Source: Phoronis australis (Eukaryota > Animalia > Phoronida). From it: a stretch of DNA of 64,000 bases. This document shows, one piece after another, positions 36,301-55,147 of the stretch. Made by a program: the position numbers and the translations under genes. The stretch spans positions 454,952 to 518,951 of the forward strand of contig NMRA01000072.1 in NCBI GenBank assembly GCA_002633005.1, given 5' to 3'. The first letter of the stretch is position 1; each line of letters opens with the position of its first letter. Under the pieces are notes generated by a model. It made no database searches and was not told the origin of the DNA. It worked only from the letters and a program-made list of their open reading frames with translations.

Positions 36301-38373
36301 GCAATGTGGTGACTGGTCATGTGGGACTGGATGCTAGTGACCTCTAGAGGATGAGGAGGCACTTTGAACTTTTGTTCAAAACACGTCACGTTTAATCTCA
36401 TACATTGTAAAATGGTCTTTTTCCGAAGTCAAACTGTTCTTTTATGCCACCCGCTGTAAAGACAAAGTAACTCCTGATGCACCTATGTGGCGATATGAGT
36501 CACCGATCCCACATAGTCAGGCACCATTGCTTCCTGAAAATCTCCCGCTGGTCCTACTGTATATCAAGAGTCATTGGTTGCAGGTGACCAGCAATTGGGT
36601 TGATTTGTCATTAATGCTGTAAACATTCACACATGAACATTGTATTACGTATGTGTAGGAAGGTTTTGTTTAGCAGGGAAGGAAGAAAATTTTGAGTGCT
36701 TTTCCTGGTCTTTTGATGCTCCCTCTCCCTGCTTAGTTTTCATGAGGAGGTGATTGAAGCAAAATCCTCACATAACACCTAACATGATATGAACATATGG
36801 TATTCTCTGCTTTTGAAGTTGTAGACTGTGTATAGCTACAAATCCTACATGTTGTACATCATTTCAGCTGGACACCAAATATAGTCAATGGTATAATGCT
36901 ATGGAGTTACAAGATAGTGAAGAGAGATGCATTCCTTGCGTTGTGGTCGTTCATGGTATGTATTTCTAGATGAACAGTAATGACCTGGTTTGACCACAAG
37001 TTTACACGTTACTATATTTAAACTGTATTGACAGTAAAAACTCATTAGCTTGACGCACGATACAGTGACCAAGTTGAATTTGATCGTTCACACAAAAATG
37101 CAACTCGGGATTTTGATGAAATTTCCTAGAGGTTTTGCTCATGTTATAAACCTGAGACGAATGTAGGATTCTGTATTAACTTGTCAGTTTATTTGAAGTC
37201 ATCTGATGGAATAATGACCAATGTATTGACTAGAGCCAAGCAATTCTTTTCTTTACTGTCAATTCTTTTCCCATATTTTTCTTGGAATTAAAATCAAACG
37301 CAAGACAAAGGTTCGATTAGCATAGTTATTTGTTTTCAAGTTTAGTTGATGGAAGTATTAACAAATTGTTTTGATGATCCTTCAAATGGTGTTCCATAAG
37401 TCTTAAAATTTCCAAGAGGTTTTGCCCATGTCATAAATCTAAGACGAGTGTAGGATTTGTTTTCTCACATGAACCGTAAAAACGACCTTTTTGCCGAAAA
37501 ACTCGACGTGTATAAAACTTTCAACCACATGACGCAACTTTTGTAAAAACACGCTTGGGCAATGTAAAGTAATTGTTACTTTTTGTTAATAGTTTTATTT
37601 TAAACTTACAATTGTAAACTGCATTGAGCTTTCGTAGCAAATATTCAAGTTAGAATCTCATAAATAGTCTTTGAAGTTGTAAATATTAAAACTTAAAAAA
37701 ATGTTTATAAATAACAGTCAACAAGGCTTCCCCGCACATGAGCACTGAACTGACCTTGAGACTGCACAGCTAGACAGTCTCACCACATTTCTTGAGTTAG
37801 GGTTCGTCTCCGTTTGAATTAACGTGGATATGGAATTCGCCACCGAAGATGGGTCCGTTTATGAAGTTGCTTGCATGTCCTTCCGACTGGGAATACGTAC
37901 AGTTGCGACACCCGATTTGTCAATCATAACCTTGTCACCTTTTTGGAATTCTGGCATTGTTTGGTTGGTGCGCATTTGGTTGTTTTAGTGTATTGCAGAC
38001 GATAAAATGTAAGGCGTATGGATTTTTACTTTGCACTACTTTGTGATTCGCCCATGTAATATCAAAAAAAATTACTTGGTGTTATTAACCAGTCGTGTCG
38101 TAACACATTCCAGGTCATGTGAGAAATTTTAATAATTAGTTGTGTTTGTTTTTTGAATGAACATGGAAATCTATTGTTGTCTTAATATTTTATTTTCAGG
38201 CTGTTGTGAATCCATTGCAAGCACTCCTTAACAATGTTGTCTACAGGGGTGTCGCTGGTTGTAACTTTCGCTTTCCTCACAAGAAGTCACCACGACCTGT
38301 TTCTAGGGGCACATTACGTCGCCAACCCAGTGAGAATACAGCATTGCTCGACTCGTTTCAAGCCTTGACATAA
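30424..38373 (+). CDS. GPR143: G-protein coupled receptor 143 (ocular albinism 1) orthologue, 347 aa; exons 30424-30685, 32173-32279, 32671-32762, 33647-33748, 34379-34488, 35949-36057, 36868-36955, 38200-38373
   Basis: MSSPRLESFCC (human MASPRLGTFCC), ADLLASLGILVRSVVWL, WIQFFY...CYAVD, YHLISWG, IPHY...NPLLY, FTDKER...KTKF, CWTPNIVN, NPLQ; all exons GT-AG with compatible phases. Confidence 0.92.
31890..32152. mobile_element. MITE-like dispersed repeat
   Basis: TIR-like gtttcatgaaaatcgacttagga...cagaaatttgg / ccaaatttctgtcttaaatcttaagtcactttttataaaac; related copies at ~35455-35660 and ~40880-40965. Confidence 0.55.
33337..33378. repeat. (CA)n microsatellite
   Basis: Seen directly. Confidence 0.9.
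35178..35395. repeat. 22-bp minisatellite, ~10 units, in GPR143 intron 5
   Basis: Unit agctatgttcaggtgggtga(a/t)g repeated head to tail without spacers. Confidence 0.95.
35650..35846. repeat. ~97-bp tandem duplication (2 copies)
   Basis: ggtctaaag.aataactaggtcaagtcttgtca.gccca.taatcatttct.atctgtgtagagaacaagat twice. Confidence 0.8.
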
Positions 38374-38454
38374 TACTTGCTATGCATGCTGCTGTTTCTC
38401 CAAAACCCATTGATGTATGTTCATGAAATTTTTGCAGTTATGTTCTTGTCATGT

Positions 38455-38915
38455 ATGGGACGACATGAGAGAATTTTCGGACGGACGCGACAACTGGTTA
38501 CCCCCTAGTTGCAATGTCATTTTATACGTTTGCCTCTGTATCTTCGGTGTTCCTTAACGGATTTTCATGAAATTTGGAAAATAGGTATCTACTAGGAAGA
38601 TGACGCCATCTTCATGTTTTCAAATGGATTTGACGTATTTTGCGCCACTTAGTGGCCATTTTTACTGTTTTTGAGTCTGTTTATGCGGTCCGCTCCTCTC
38701 TAGGCCAAAAAAAAATGTAAGGGTGATTATGAAAATTGACATATATGTTCCTAGTGGAAAGAGGACAGCTGACAATGATTTTCGGACAGTGCCGACTATA
38801 GTGGCTCCACCTAGTGGCTGTATCTCCTTAAGCCTCTGTAGGATCTTTGTTAAATTTGTTTAGTGTAATTATATGAAGGTAAGACAACAGGTGATGACAA
38901 CTTTCGGACATATCC
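38455..38915 (+). mobile_element. Helentron/HINE-like repeat just downstream of the GPR143 stop
   Basis: cggacggacg microsatellite seed, cggattttcatgaaatttgg, and repeated ccac(t/c)tagtggc subunits. Confidence 0.45.
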
Positions 38916-40710
38916 AGCTACTTTAATGTTTGCTTATAGAGAACTATAAACATACTGCATTTCTTCACCTATTTAACATGCAACATCATAGAAACTTGGA
39001 ATTTTATTTTACAAAATTTCTCAATGAAAGTGAATACAGTAAAACTCACTCAGGTTGGACATGTTGTTGATTAACTCGGACAAAGTTCCACAATATGTTT
39101 TTTCTAGTTTGTGCACTTGGTTCTACATATATGTCAGTTTCGTATTACCCAGATGAAATCTCTGTTCAGTTGATGTGTGTGAACATTGACATATAGTAAA
39201 ACTTGCATCAATCGAATTCAACCAAACAGAGATTTCATCCTAGTTGAGCGAAATCGGACTTATCCGAGAGGCCGAGTGCATGACATATTTGACCCAGTAA
39301 ATACTAACTGTAGTGTTCAGTGGTCATACCCTGATCAATTTCATGTCACAGAGTAGCCACAGGTATTAATAAATGTCTGGTTACTGTATTTTTCATTGTT
39401 TTTTGTGAAAATTTTCTTAAACAGTGACAAAATGACACTGTAGTCAGCGACGGAAAAGTAAAATGCGTTTGCTGTTATGTGAATCATTTCGGGTATTTTC
39501 GTAGCCTCAAATTTCGACGCGAAGGTGATCCTTATCTGTGCACATGTGGACTTCAGTTATACAGCAAGTCTGGAGAATTATTGGCCATATGACTGAATCT
39601 CACGGAAAGTGTCTGCCACCAAGAGAAAAATTTGAGGCTACGAAATCATTCGAGGTGTTCCAGATGGGTATGCTGTGCTGGCAATTGCTACAAGACTCAA
39701 ATCTATTTCAGCCATCAGTGGGCTCATGCATCTTTAATTAGACCAATCAGATCATTTGGTTACACTAGCCCACGGATATACAGCATGAGTCGGTCTATTT
39801 CCATGGGAGTGAAAAAATGTTATGACTATTGAAGGATTTCCGTACTCGTGACCAGGATTGTTGTGAAGCAATGTCAATCGAGTAAATCAGACTGGAATAA
39901 TTTTGGAAGAGATTTGTAATGGGACGGACTCCGAGTTGTGCTAAAATCTTTACTCATATTTACATGGAGAAATGTATTAAAGAATTGATACAAGAATTTC
40001 CTTACTGTGGCTCTTTGTTTGATTTGAGCAAAAATACAGTTTACGTATACATGTCCAACTTATGAATTTTACTGTACTACCAATTCAAAAATTCTTTTTC
40101 ATGACATGTGTAGTTTGCACTATACAGCTATCCTATCACAACATTTGGTGAGTTTTTGATTATCTTTAGCAGTGCAGTCTAAATTTTCCATCTTTGCGTT
40201 CTCTCAGAACCTCACAATGCCTGTGGCACCATTGTTATTTAATACTCAAATGGCTGCAAAGGTGTGTTGAATGAGGAGCAGCTTCTGCATGATATTTAAT
40301 GTGTTCATTGATATGAAGGTTTATTAGACATTGTTGATCATCTTGAAGCTTGTATTGAAAAGTTCAATATTACCTTTTTTGCTATTAGTCATTTTAGCTC
40401 AACTTACTAAGGAAAACATTGGTTATGCCTGATCTTCCATAAAAATGATTGCATTTGAACCCTTCTTATTTTTTCATATCAGCCATTTTGTTCAGGTATC
40501 AGGTGTCATGTATTAGTTTATTTAATTTTTGTTTTAAGATTTGCTTTATATTTATATGTGTGTAGTGTATTTGAAAATGCTGTTTAGAAATGTGAACTGC
40601 CAGGCCTTGGTTCTGCTTATTAGTGGAGCTATTGTAGCGTCTGTTTTCAGAAAAAGTGACTTAAAGGTTAAGTGAACAAAATGTGATATGCTCTGATATT
40701 GTTGTTACTG

Positions 40711-40716
40711 AATAAA
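40711..40716 (+). promoter_or_regulatory. Candidate GPR143 polyadenylation signal
   Basis: AATAAA after a long U-rich tract; would imply a ~2.3-kb 3' UTR. Confidence 0.3.
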
Positions 40717-42461
40717 AATACATTGTATTTGTGAACATGTCACTGTTTAGCAATAAGCTATACAAGTTATTTTGCGCCAGTTTAACTGTCAATGTCAAAT
40801 TTTAAACAGAGTGAAATGTAAATTTAAGTAATTAGCAATTATTGGTATGCTTCAGAGTTTTTGTAATTTGGTAACGTAAGTTGTTATTCTGAAACAGTTA
40901 TGTGGAACGTGAGACCAAATTTCTGACTTAAGTCTTAAGTCACTTTTCTTGAAACAGGTCCCAGGAGACTTGAATATTTGGTAATTATGATCTGCATGCA
41001 GTAAACCTAACTATTGTATCTCAGTGACCACTTTTGATGGGGATCGTTTTGGTTGCTCAATTAGTTTAAAAAGGAAGCAATTTGTCTCTGTGAGGAAATG
41101 CGATATATATATGCCTAAAAGGTATGCGTGTGGCTTGCTTTTTGACATTAATATCTTATTCAATTTTGTAATGTCATTTTCTAATTGTTGGCTCATTGTG
41201 TAGGTGCCTCATTGGTGAACTGTTATTCCTTGGTGTGAGAAACAATTGAGGGTTGGGGGGAGAGCTTGTTAACTTTTCAATTTTATTTTAAAACAAAGTT
41301 TGCATGTCGAAACTTTTGATAATTAATTGTTATTTAATTGATACCTGTTAACTCCTGGAATGTTAGGGGGCCTAAACCTGTCTTCGCCCTCCAACACTTT
41401 GGTTGAGATTGAGAAGGCTCTTCCCCTTCAACCTGTTCTCCACTTTCTAGGCCTATGTTATTAAATGTTGCTGAATTATTGCTTGAAGGTTAATCAACAA
41501 TCATTACTATAATGCAGCTTTAAATAATTTTATGTGTTGAATTGTTTATTATGTTTCTCATTTTTTGTGCATCGAATTTTTTCTGAGGTCAATGATGTTT
41601 ATTTTATTACTTCATAGTCAATTGTTATTTTGTTTGTTTTTACACTGTATTATTTGCTGGGAAATATATGATTCTAAGAATTTTACCTGTTACTGAAAAT
41701 TTAGTTAAGGTTGTAAAATGCTTCCTTGACTTTTTTCTTAGTAGTAGAATCCGTTTTCTTAGGAAAAAATAATCATAGCGGTGCGTTCCGTAAACGAGAG
41801 AACCTTGCAAAGGAAGCGGATGTGATGACATGCTTCGCTTGTAATACATGACTGTATCTCGCAATGTCCTGGGTGATCTTGTGTTTTTGCGAGGTTCTCT
41901 CGTCTTCTGCACACACACCAGGTTCCGTCGGCCAAGAAGGAGATGTTTGCCACAACAAAGTTGGTGATTTCTCCGTTTGCGAAAAAGTGACAAATCATTT
42001 GTTAGGACCATGTTGGGCGCATTTAATGACACGTCATCACGTTGAGCGTGATCTCGAGTAATAACGTCTCAAGTAATAACGAATTGTGAGATCTTGTGAA
42101 GTTCCGAAGTCACCTCAATGTGGAATAAGGAACAACTGGGGACCAAATTTTTAACGGCAAATGGTCTAAATCAAGTCAGTTTTTGTCATTTCGATGGAAG
42201 GCGGGTTTAGTGTCACTTTAAGTACCTTGTCATGGCTTAAGTGAATTCTGTGGTTACCTCTCATGCTTTAATTATGGGGGGTGTCTGGGTGCTTGCTTCT
42301 GTCAGTGTCTGGGGAAGGGATTCAAAGTTTATGCTGGCCAGTAATGACGGCCTAAAGTGCTTTTTGTGAAATAATGCATCGTGATGAAGATTTATTAGTA
42401 TTCCATGTGAAATCGATTGTAGTGTTAAATTTGGTTATACTCAGAAAGGTGTCGTGAATTA

Positions 42462-49102
<6,641 letters not shown>

Positions 49103-49803
49103 GGTTGACTCTCTCCCAAAAATGGTGGATTTTTCGCAAAACCCGTCAAATATATATTGCACTGACTGGGAAGATGTCAGGTGATGAAGTGAGAAAATGT
49201 TAAGCAGAATAATAAAAAATTCTATTTATGCGCTTATTTTATGGTTGTTATAGCACTTTTTATCAATTTTTATCTTACATTCGTCAGGTGGTTTGGCAGG
49301 AGGCTGAAAGAACCCTCACGCGTCATCCATCGGTGGTATGTGCAAACAGCCAATCTAAAAAATATAAAATTGTTACCTGAACGTTGAAAACTACGGAAAA
49401 ATGCTCTGAAGGCAAAATGTCTTAAAGCATACAAGCCTTTGCATAGAGCTAAATGTGTTTTTAAGGTGTTTTGTCATATTACCGAGATTTTCGGCAAAAA
49501 TGCTCTCATGGGCCTATATTCGGTTAGAGCCACAATTTATTTTTCTACTGTATGTATGGTTTCCCAAAAGGAACAGTGTCAGCGATAGTAAAAAAACAGC
49601 ACGGTTTTATAAGAAACTTGATAGAGTTTATTTCAGTCTGTTTTTATTCATCGACATGATATATATTTAACTAACAGTTTCAGTGGAAAACATTCCATAT
49701 CAACGCTGCTACTGTCGGTGACTACGGAGCCTGTCGTGTCCCGAAGTGCTGCGAACGTGGATCCGTCTCAATCTCGCCTACGGAAGACTTTGAGTTTACT
49801 GTG

Positions 49804-50052
49804 CATGGGCGCACCCAGGGGGGCTCGGGGGCTCGAATGAGACCCCAATTTGGCGAATTGGGCAAAAAGGTCCGCCGCAGCGAAACAAGAAGTCCGAGTA
49901 AACGAGACAAAAGTCCATATAGTCCACAGGAATTTTACGCGGATTCCAACCTAGTAGCCCGTGTTTTTTTTTAAGTAGTTGATTTTTGTGAGTAAAAGGT
50001 TCGCATACCGGTAAATTCGAGCCCCCTATATTTTAGGCTGGGTGAGCGCATG
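49804..50052. mobile_element. hAT-like MITE with a 5-bp target site duplication
   Basis: TIRs CATGGGCGCACCCAG / CTGGGTGAGCGCATG; CTGTG directly flanks both ends (49799-49803, 50053-50057). Confidence 0.7.
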
Positions 50053-52021
50053 CTGTGGTATGTTTCTTGGAGTGGATGGATGAGATGATCAGTTTGATAA
50101 CCATCGCGCAAACACAACATGGCAGACTAACAACAATAATTATTTCAGTTCACATCGTATGTTTCTAAAAACGATATAATACACAATATCTGTTCTTGTT
50201 AGGGTCCGCTAGTTGATTCAGATGCACGTTTGCAAAATTACGTCAGTTTTATTATAACTCAAAAAACCGACGCATTCTATGTAACATTTTTATTTTAAGA
50301 CATCATTTTTAAATGAAAGCCCGGTTTATGTTTGGGGGTACTAGAAATATTAGAAGAACGCTATTTTCCGTATATAAACCCAGTGGCATAGAGTCGGAAA
50401 ACCCGGATACTATGACCAAACTTCGACGTTTGTTTTTTCGCAGTATGATACTCGATGTATAAGCCCGTAGGATGGTCACCGTTTAGTTATCTGTGGGGGG
50501 GTGCGACCAATCGAACTCCGTCAAAGCCTTGTCTCCGTTCGTTACTATTTTCACCTCCTCGGTAGTTACAAAAGGCAATTATTACTCGCTTAAAGTTGTA
50601 TTGAAGAGCACAATGTCTAAGAAAAAATATCAGCAATACCAAGAATACGTTTTTTTGGTCCAAATTATTTTTAAATATTGCATCGAGTTGTGTTTCAACG
50701 TTTTTCATTTCCTTCTACAGTCAGTCAGTCAAAGCCAGACGTTGCGTGATAGCATCACAAACATGTCATACCTCCAGTTATTCAACTTTGGATCCGAGTA
50801 CAGGTCGAAAGTATTCTTCCAGCAGGTCGTCATCAATTGTAAACTACCTTCGGGCCCGGTAATCACCAGTCAAACGTTTTGCGTGATACGAAGGAATGTG
50901 TATTTTTGTCTCCCTTCTTGTGGTTCTGAGCCGAAAGTGCACAGCGAGAATTCGCCATTATGGCTTTATGCGTAATGTTATTGATAGACCTGAGGCGAGG
51001 TTATGCAACAAATAGCGATTTTGTTCAAGTTTTCTGCTCAATATTCGATAAGTAATCTATTTTATCACAACCCATTGAAACTCAACTGTAATTTTGTCGC
51101 TATCTGCTAGTGTTTTGCTATGAGTTCTGAGCTATCAATTTTTGCTCTGCAGTTCAGCAATAATGACAAACGGGTCACAAACACATAGTCCTACCCCGTG
51201 CACCTGCCACTGTTTCCCCCAACTTCATTGCCTCCGCCGACCCAGTGGCAGTTGAGGCTCATTTGTCACCTACGCAGGCCCATAACACCAGATTGGACAT
51301 GAGTTTTAATTGCAACCAAGAGTCGTGAAGAACGGGATTGGGTCCTCAGTGGGAGGTATCCTCCCACACTGGATGTAGGGGGTGCCGCCACGCATTTATT
51401 ACCTCGACCAACCAATACCTGTACATTCAGGAAAACCCATCTCAGTCACTGCCAATACCACGGTCGCCCCCCCCCNCCCCCCCCCCCCCTGCATCACCTC
51501 AGTCTTCTCTTGTTTACCCACTATGACAAAAATTAAAAACCCTAATTTAGTGACAGTGCTACGATCGCCACTCCCCTGTCATCTCGTCTTTCCCACAATA
51601 ACGGAGACGACACCCGGGGACACATGTCCCCATCATGATCCTTTCCTTTATAGGAGAGTTCGCTTGATAGCACGCTATGATACACCTGTATGTAGGCTGT
51701 ATAAGCGCATTGAAGCAGGAAGGGGCTTTCTTTATGTGATTCAGTGGTGAAAAATAATGGGCGGGATATCAACCACAACTTAGATCACTTGCTCAACACT
51801 TACGGGACGCATGTTTTTGTCAAAGCAAAGCTACATATAAACCAGGAAATTAGTAAAAAAATCCCTAAGATTTCTGGGCTTAGAACGTATAAGTGACCGT
51901 GCGTTCTGAAAGTTTATTTCTCTGGGGGTTTTATTTTACCCGCAGTTCTTTACAAAACCAGAAATTACTTCTGTTCTGAGTAAGGAACACGTTGTGTAGT
52001 AAAGTATAAATAAAAATTTAG

Positions 52022-53282
52022 TTTACACAGGAGCTTGCCACGCTCCAACCCCTCCCTGGGAATAACACAACAGTCTTGTAAATAATATAATTTTACAACT
52101 TCAAACAGGTCAAACACGTCACTACAAACTGAGCTATCGCACTAGAATGCCAGCTTACACATGTACTGGAACTGGCGCAAAGAGGGCGCTGACACAGAGA
52201 TTCCTACTCGCATTACATTTGGCAAAGCACGGATTTATGATCTCTTATTTGACTGGACAAGCAATCTTTAGTAGAAAAGCAAACACATTGGAACCAGTTT
52301 TTAAAATACCGACTATTATAATAAAACAAGGTGCGTCGTAGTAAGTAAAAAAACACACAAAAGCTGAATTGTGAGTTCATAAAATATTTAGGAGGAATTG
52401 GAATCTAAAAAGAACTAATTTTTCGTTGTTACAAAGAATTTTGATTGGGAAAACTGCTGCTAAGAAATTGCTTGTTCAGTTTTTAAAATAGTTTACCAGC
52501 TTCTGTTAGAAAACCACCCAGTAATTCTTAAAATTGAATTTCGCATTTGTTTGTTTGTTTAGACTGCAATAGGTGAATAAAATCTGAACAGATTTAAAAG
52601 CAGCATTTTGCCCAGTTTATCTGGATAAAAATAGGAACATCGAAACAATCAGTGATGCAAGAAAACGCTTAAGACTTCTTTGAGGTTGTCTAACCCTAAG
52701 ATTGTGAATTCAAAAATGGCGCATGTACGCATTTCCTAGTGCGACCTGAGTTGGTAACAGAAAGAGAATTCCTATCATGGTAAGGTATACTCAGAAACCG
52801 ATTTGATGAGAGTAGAAAAGCCAGGTCGATTCTCGTTTTAGCCAGCCAAACAGAACGAAATGTAGCTTTAAAAATGTCAGTGGTGTCACAGGGCTACTGT
52901 ACACAACAGTCGGAATGGTGCGAGAATTGGTACGTGAAACAGAAGTTCAACATTATATTTTTCACAGTTGCGTTTATACTCATAATTTACCACACAATGT
53001 TACAAAATATATGTTAAAGGTTAAATCATGATGGAAACAAACTGAATCGGCAAAATCTCGGCGGCTTCGTTGAGCAGATACTGAGCTAATGTTACACAGG
53101 AGCTTGTCACGTCCCAACCCCTCCCTGCGAATAACACGACAGTCTTGTGAATAATACAATATTACAACTTCAGTTGGTCAACAAGTCAGTACAAACTGTG
53201 CTGTCGGCACTAGAATGCCAGCCTATAGACATATACTTGAAATGATGCAAAAAGCTCAATGACACAGAGATTGCTACGCGCT
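52022..53282. repeat. Diverged ~190-bp direct repeat pair (52022-52210 / 53091-53282)
   Basis: ttacacaggagcttg.cacg..ccaacccctccctg.gaataacac.acagtcttgt.aataat...cactagaatgccagc...tgacacagagatt in both. Confidence 0.75.
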
Positions 53283-53868
53283 TTATCAGTACTAAGTTTA
53301 GATCAAAGATTTTGAAATTAGTTTTTGGCTGCTTTGTTATGTAGCTAGACGAATTTGCTCAAATAAAACAACCACATATAGAGTATAACCTAAATCGCTA
53401 AAATAATCTAATGTCCAATATCATGACGTCAACAGAACACGCAAAATCAACAAAAAGCATCACTTGAAATTTGTTTCATTACATCTCCTAATTGTTTGGC
53501 ATAGTTGCTTTCAACAGTATTCACAAACACTGATTCCAGTCAATCACCGTTGTGTCGTCGTAATAAATATTTCGTACGTACTGTTTTCTTAAGTACACAC
53601 GCTTGAGAGAACATGATTTTCCGAAGAACAACAAACACAATTAATCTAAACAGTTAACACGCCATTTTCCGCTATCAGACGCAGGTCAGCCTTTTCCCGC
53701 GCCTAAACATCTCGCTGGGATAATGTATGTATGCATAAAACTTACGCACTGGATAGCAAGAATGACACCACGTTATTACATGTCACGCTGACCCTGATGA
53801 AGAGTGTGCGTGACGTCATGCAACAATCAAACTTACTCAGCGGATACGTTTTAAGTTTTGGCAAACCA

Positions 53869-54176
53869 GGCGTGCGTTCAATAGACGCTAGGACCTACGC
53901 TAAGACCTAGCTAAAACCTAGTCAAAGTCACGTGTTCTCATTTAAAATACACCACAATAACTCACGTAATCTCGCGAAGTCTTGCTTTTTAGCGAGGTCC
54001 TAGTGTTACTGAACGGGAGGCCGGCTTGCGTTCAGTAGACGCTAGGACCTACGCTAGGACCTAGCTAACACCTAATCAAAGTCACGTGTTCTCATTTAAA
54101 ATACACGGCAATATCTCATGTAATCTCGCGAAGTCGTGCTTTTTAGCGAGGTCCTAGCGTTACTGAACGCGAGGCA
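53869..54176. mobile_element. Head-to-tail dimer of a ~154-bp MITE (53869-54022, 54023-54176)
   Basis: Each unit has TIRs gcgttca.tagacgctaggacct.cgcta / tagcgaggtcctag.gttactgaacg and GGC...GCC-like ends (Harbinger-like). Confidence 0.75.
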
Positions 54177-55147
54177 GTCCTGGGATCTGTTTCATGAAAT
54201 GTCACTTAACCGTCTGTGTTTCAAAAATAACGAATTTGAATTGAGAAATTCTTGCAACATTCAAAGTCAATAAGTCTCGTTGTAATCCCATGAATTCGCC
54301 AAGACATGTTAAAAATGTGTTACATGGCTCTTTAACAGCCGTTACGGAACGCAGCTTTGTTGTCTGTTCTCAGTCTACTTAATGATGTTAAAAAGACCGT
54401 TTTTCAGTTTCTTCAGAAGCACGTAGTATCTATAGAATCACTCATTTCAATTATTACATTTCAGACTTATTCTTAAAAGCTGCACCCAAACTGCTTCAAA
54501 ACCTTTTATTTAAAGATTTTCTTGACAGGATTTTAAACCCGGATTTGGTCTATTAAGAAATACTAAAACGACTTTCCATCCAATTCTCTGTAACAAAATA
54601 ATGCTGGGTAACTCTCGACCACCCTCAAAATATCTTTGGAGGAAAAATTGAAAACTCCTTTCAAAGTCTGCTAAACGGGCAAGCGTGACCTACGCTTTTA
54701 GCGAATTACACGGCAACTGTGGGAAAAGTCCATCCACCAAGGACCAATTTATGAGAAAGGGAGTATGAGTTTTTCGTTGATTCCTGCCTTTAATTTGGAA
54801 GATTGACGCCAATGATACATTCGCAGGTGACAATACGAGGATTGGTTGAAATCATCAAAATAGGTGATACAGTTTAACCCCCCCCCCCCAGGACAGGAGA
54901 AAAAATGTAATTTAAAAAAGAAACGTCGCAAGGAAAACAAAATAAGCTACAAAAACCAAAAAAATCTCACATGGGAGGGGTTTCCCCCGCTCAGCGCTAC
55001 GCGCCTCGGATTCGCACGAATCCTAACCCCATCCCCCTTACTGAAAACGTAGATCTGCCACGGATACATCATGGGAATTTATGAATCATACTGTCGTGTC
55101 AAAGGCCACATTGATCGGCGCTTACAGAACTTCGCAGAGACAAACAT

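Noticed and set aside
41640-42061. Cluster of overlapping ORFs between GPR143 and the protease
   Set aside because: No recognisable domain or splice structure in any frame
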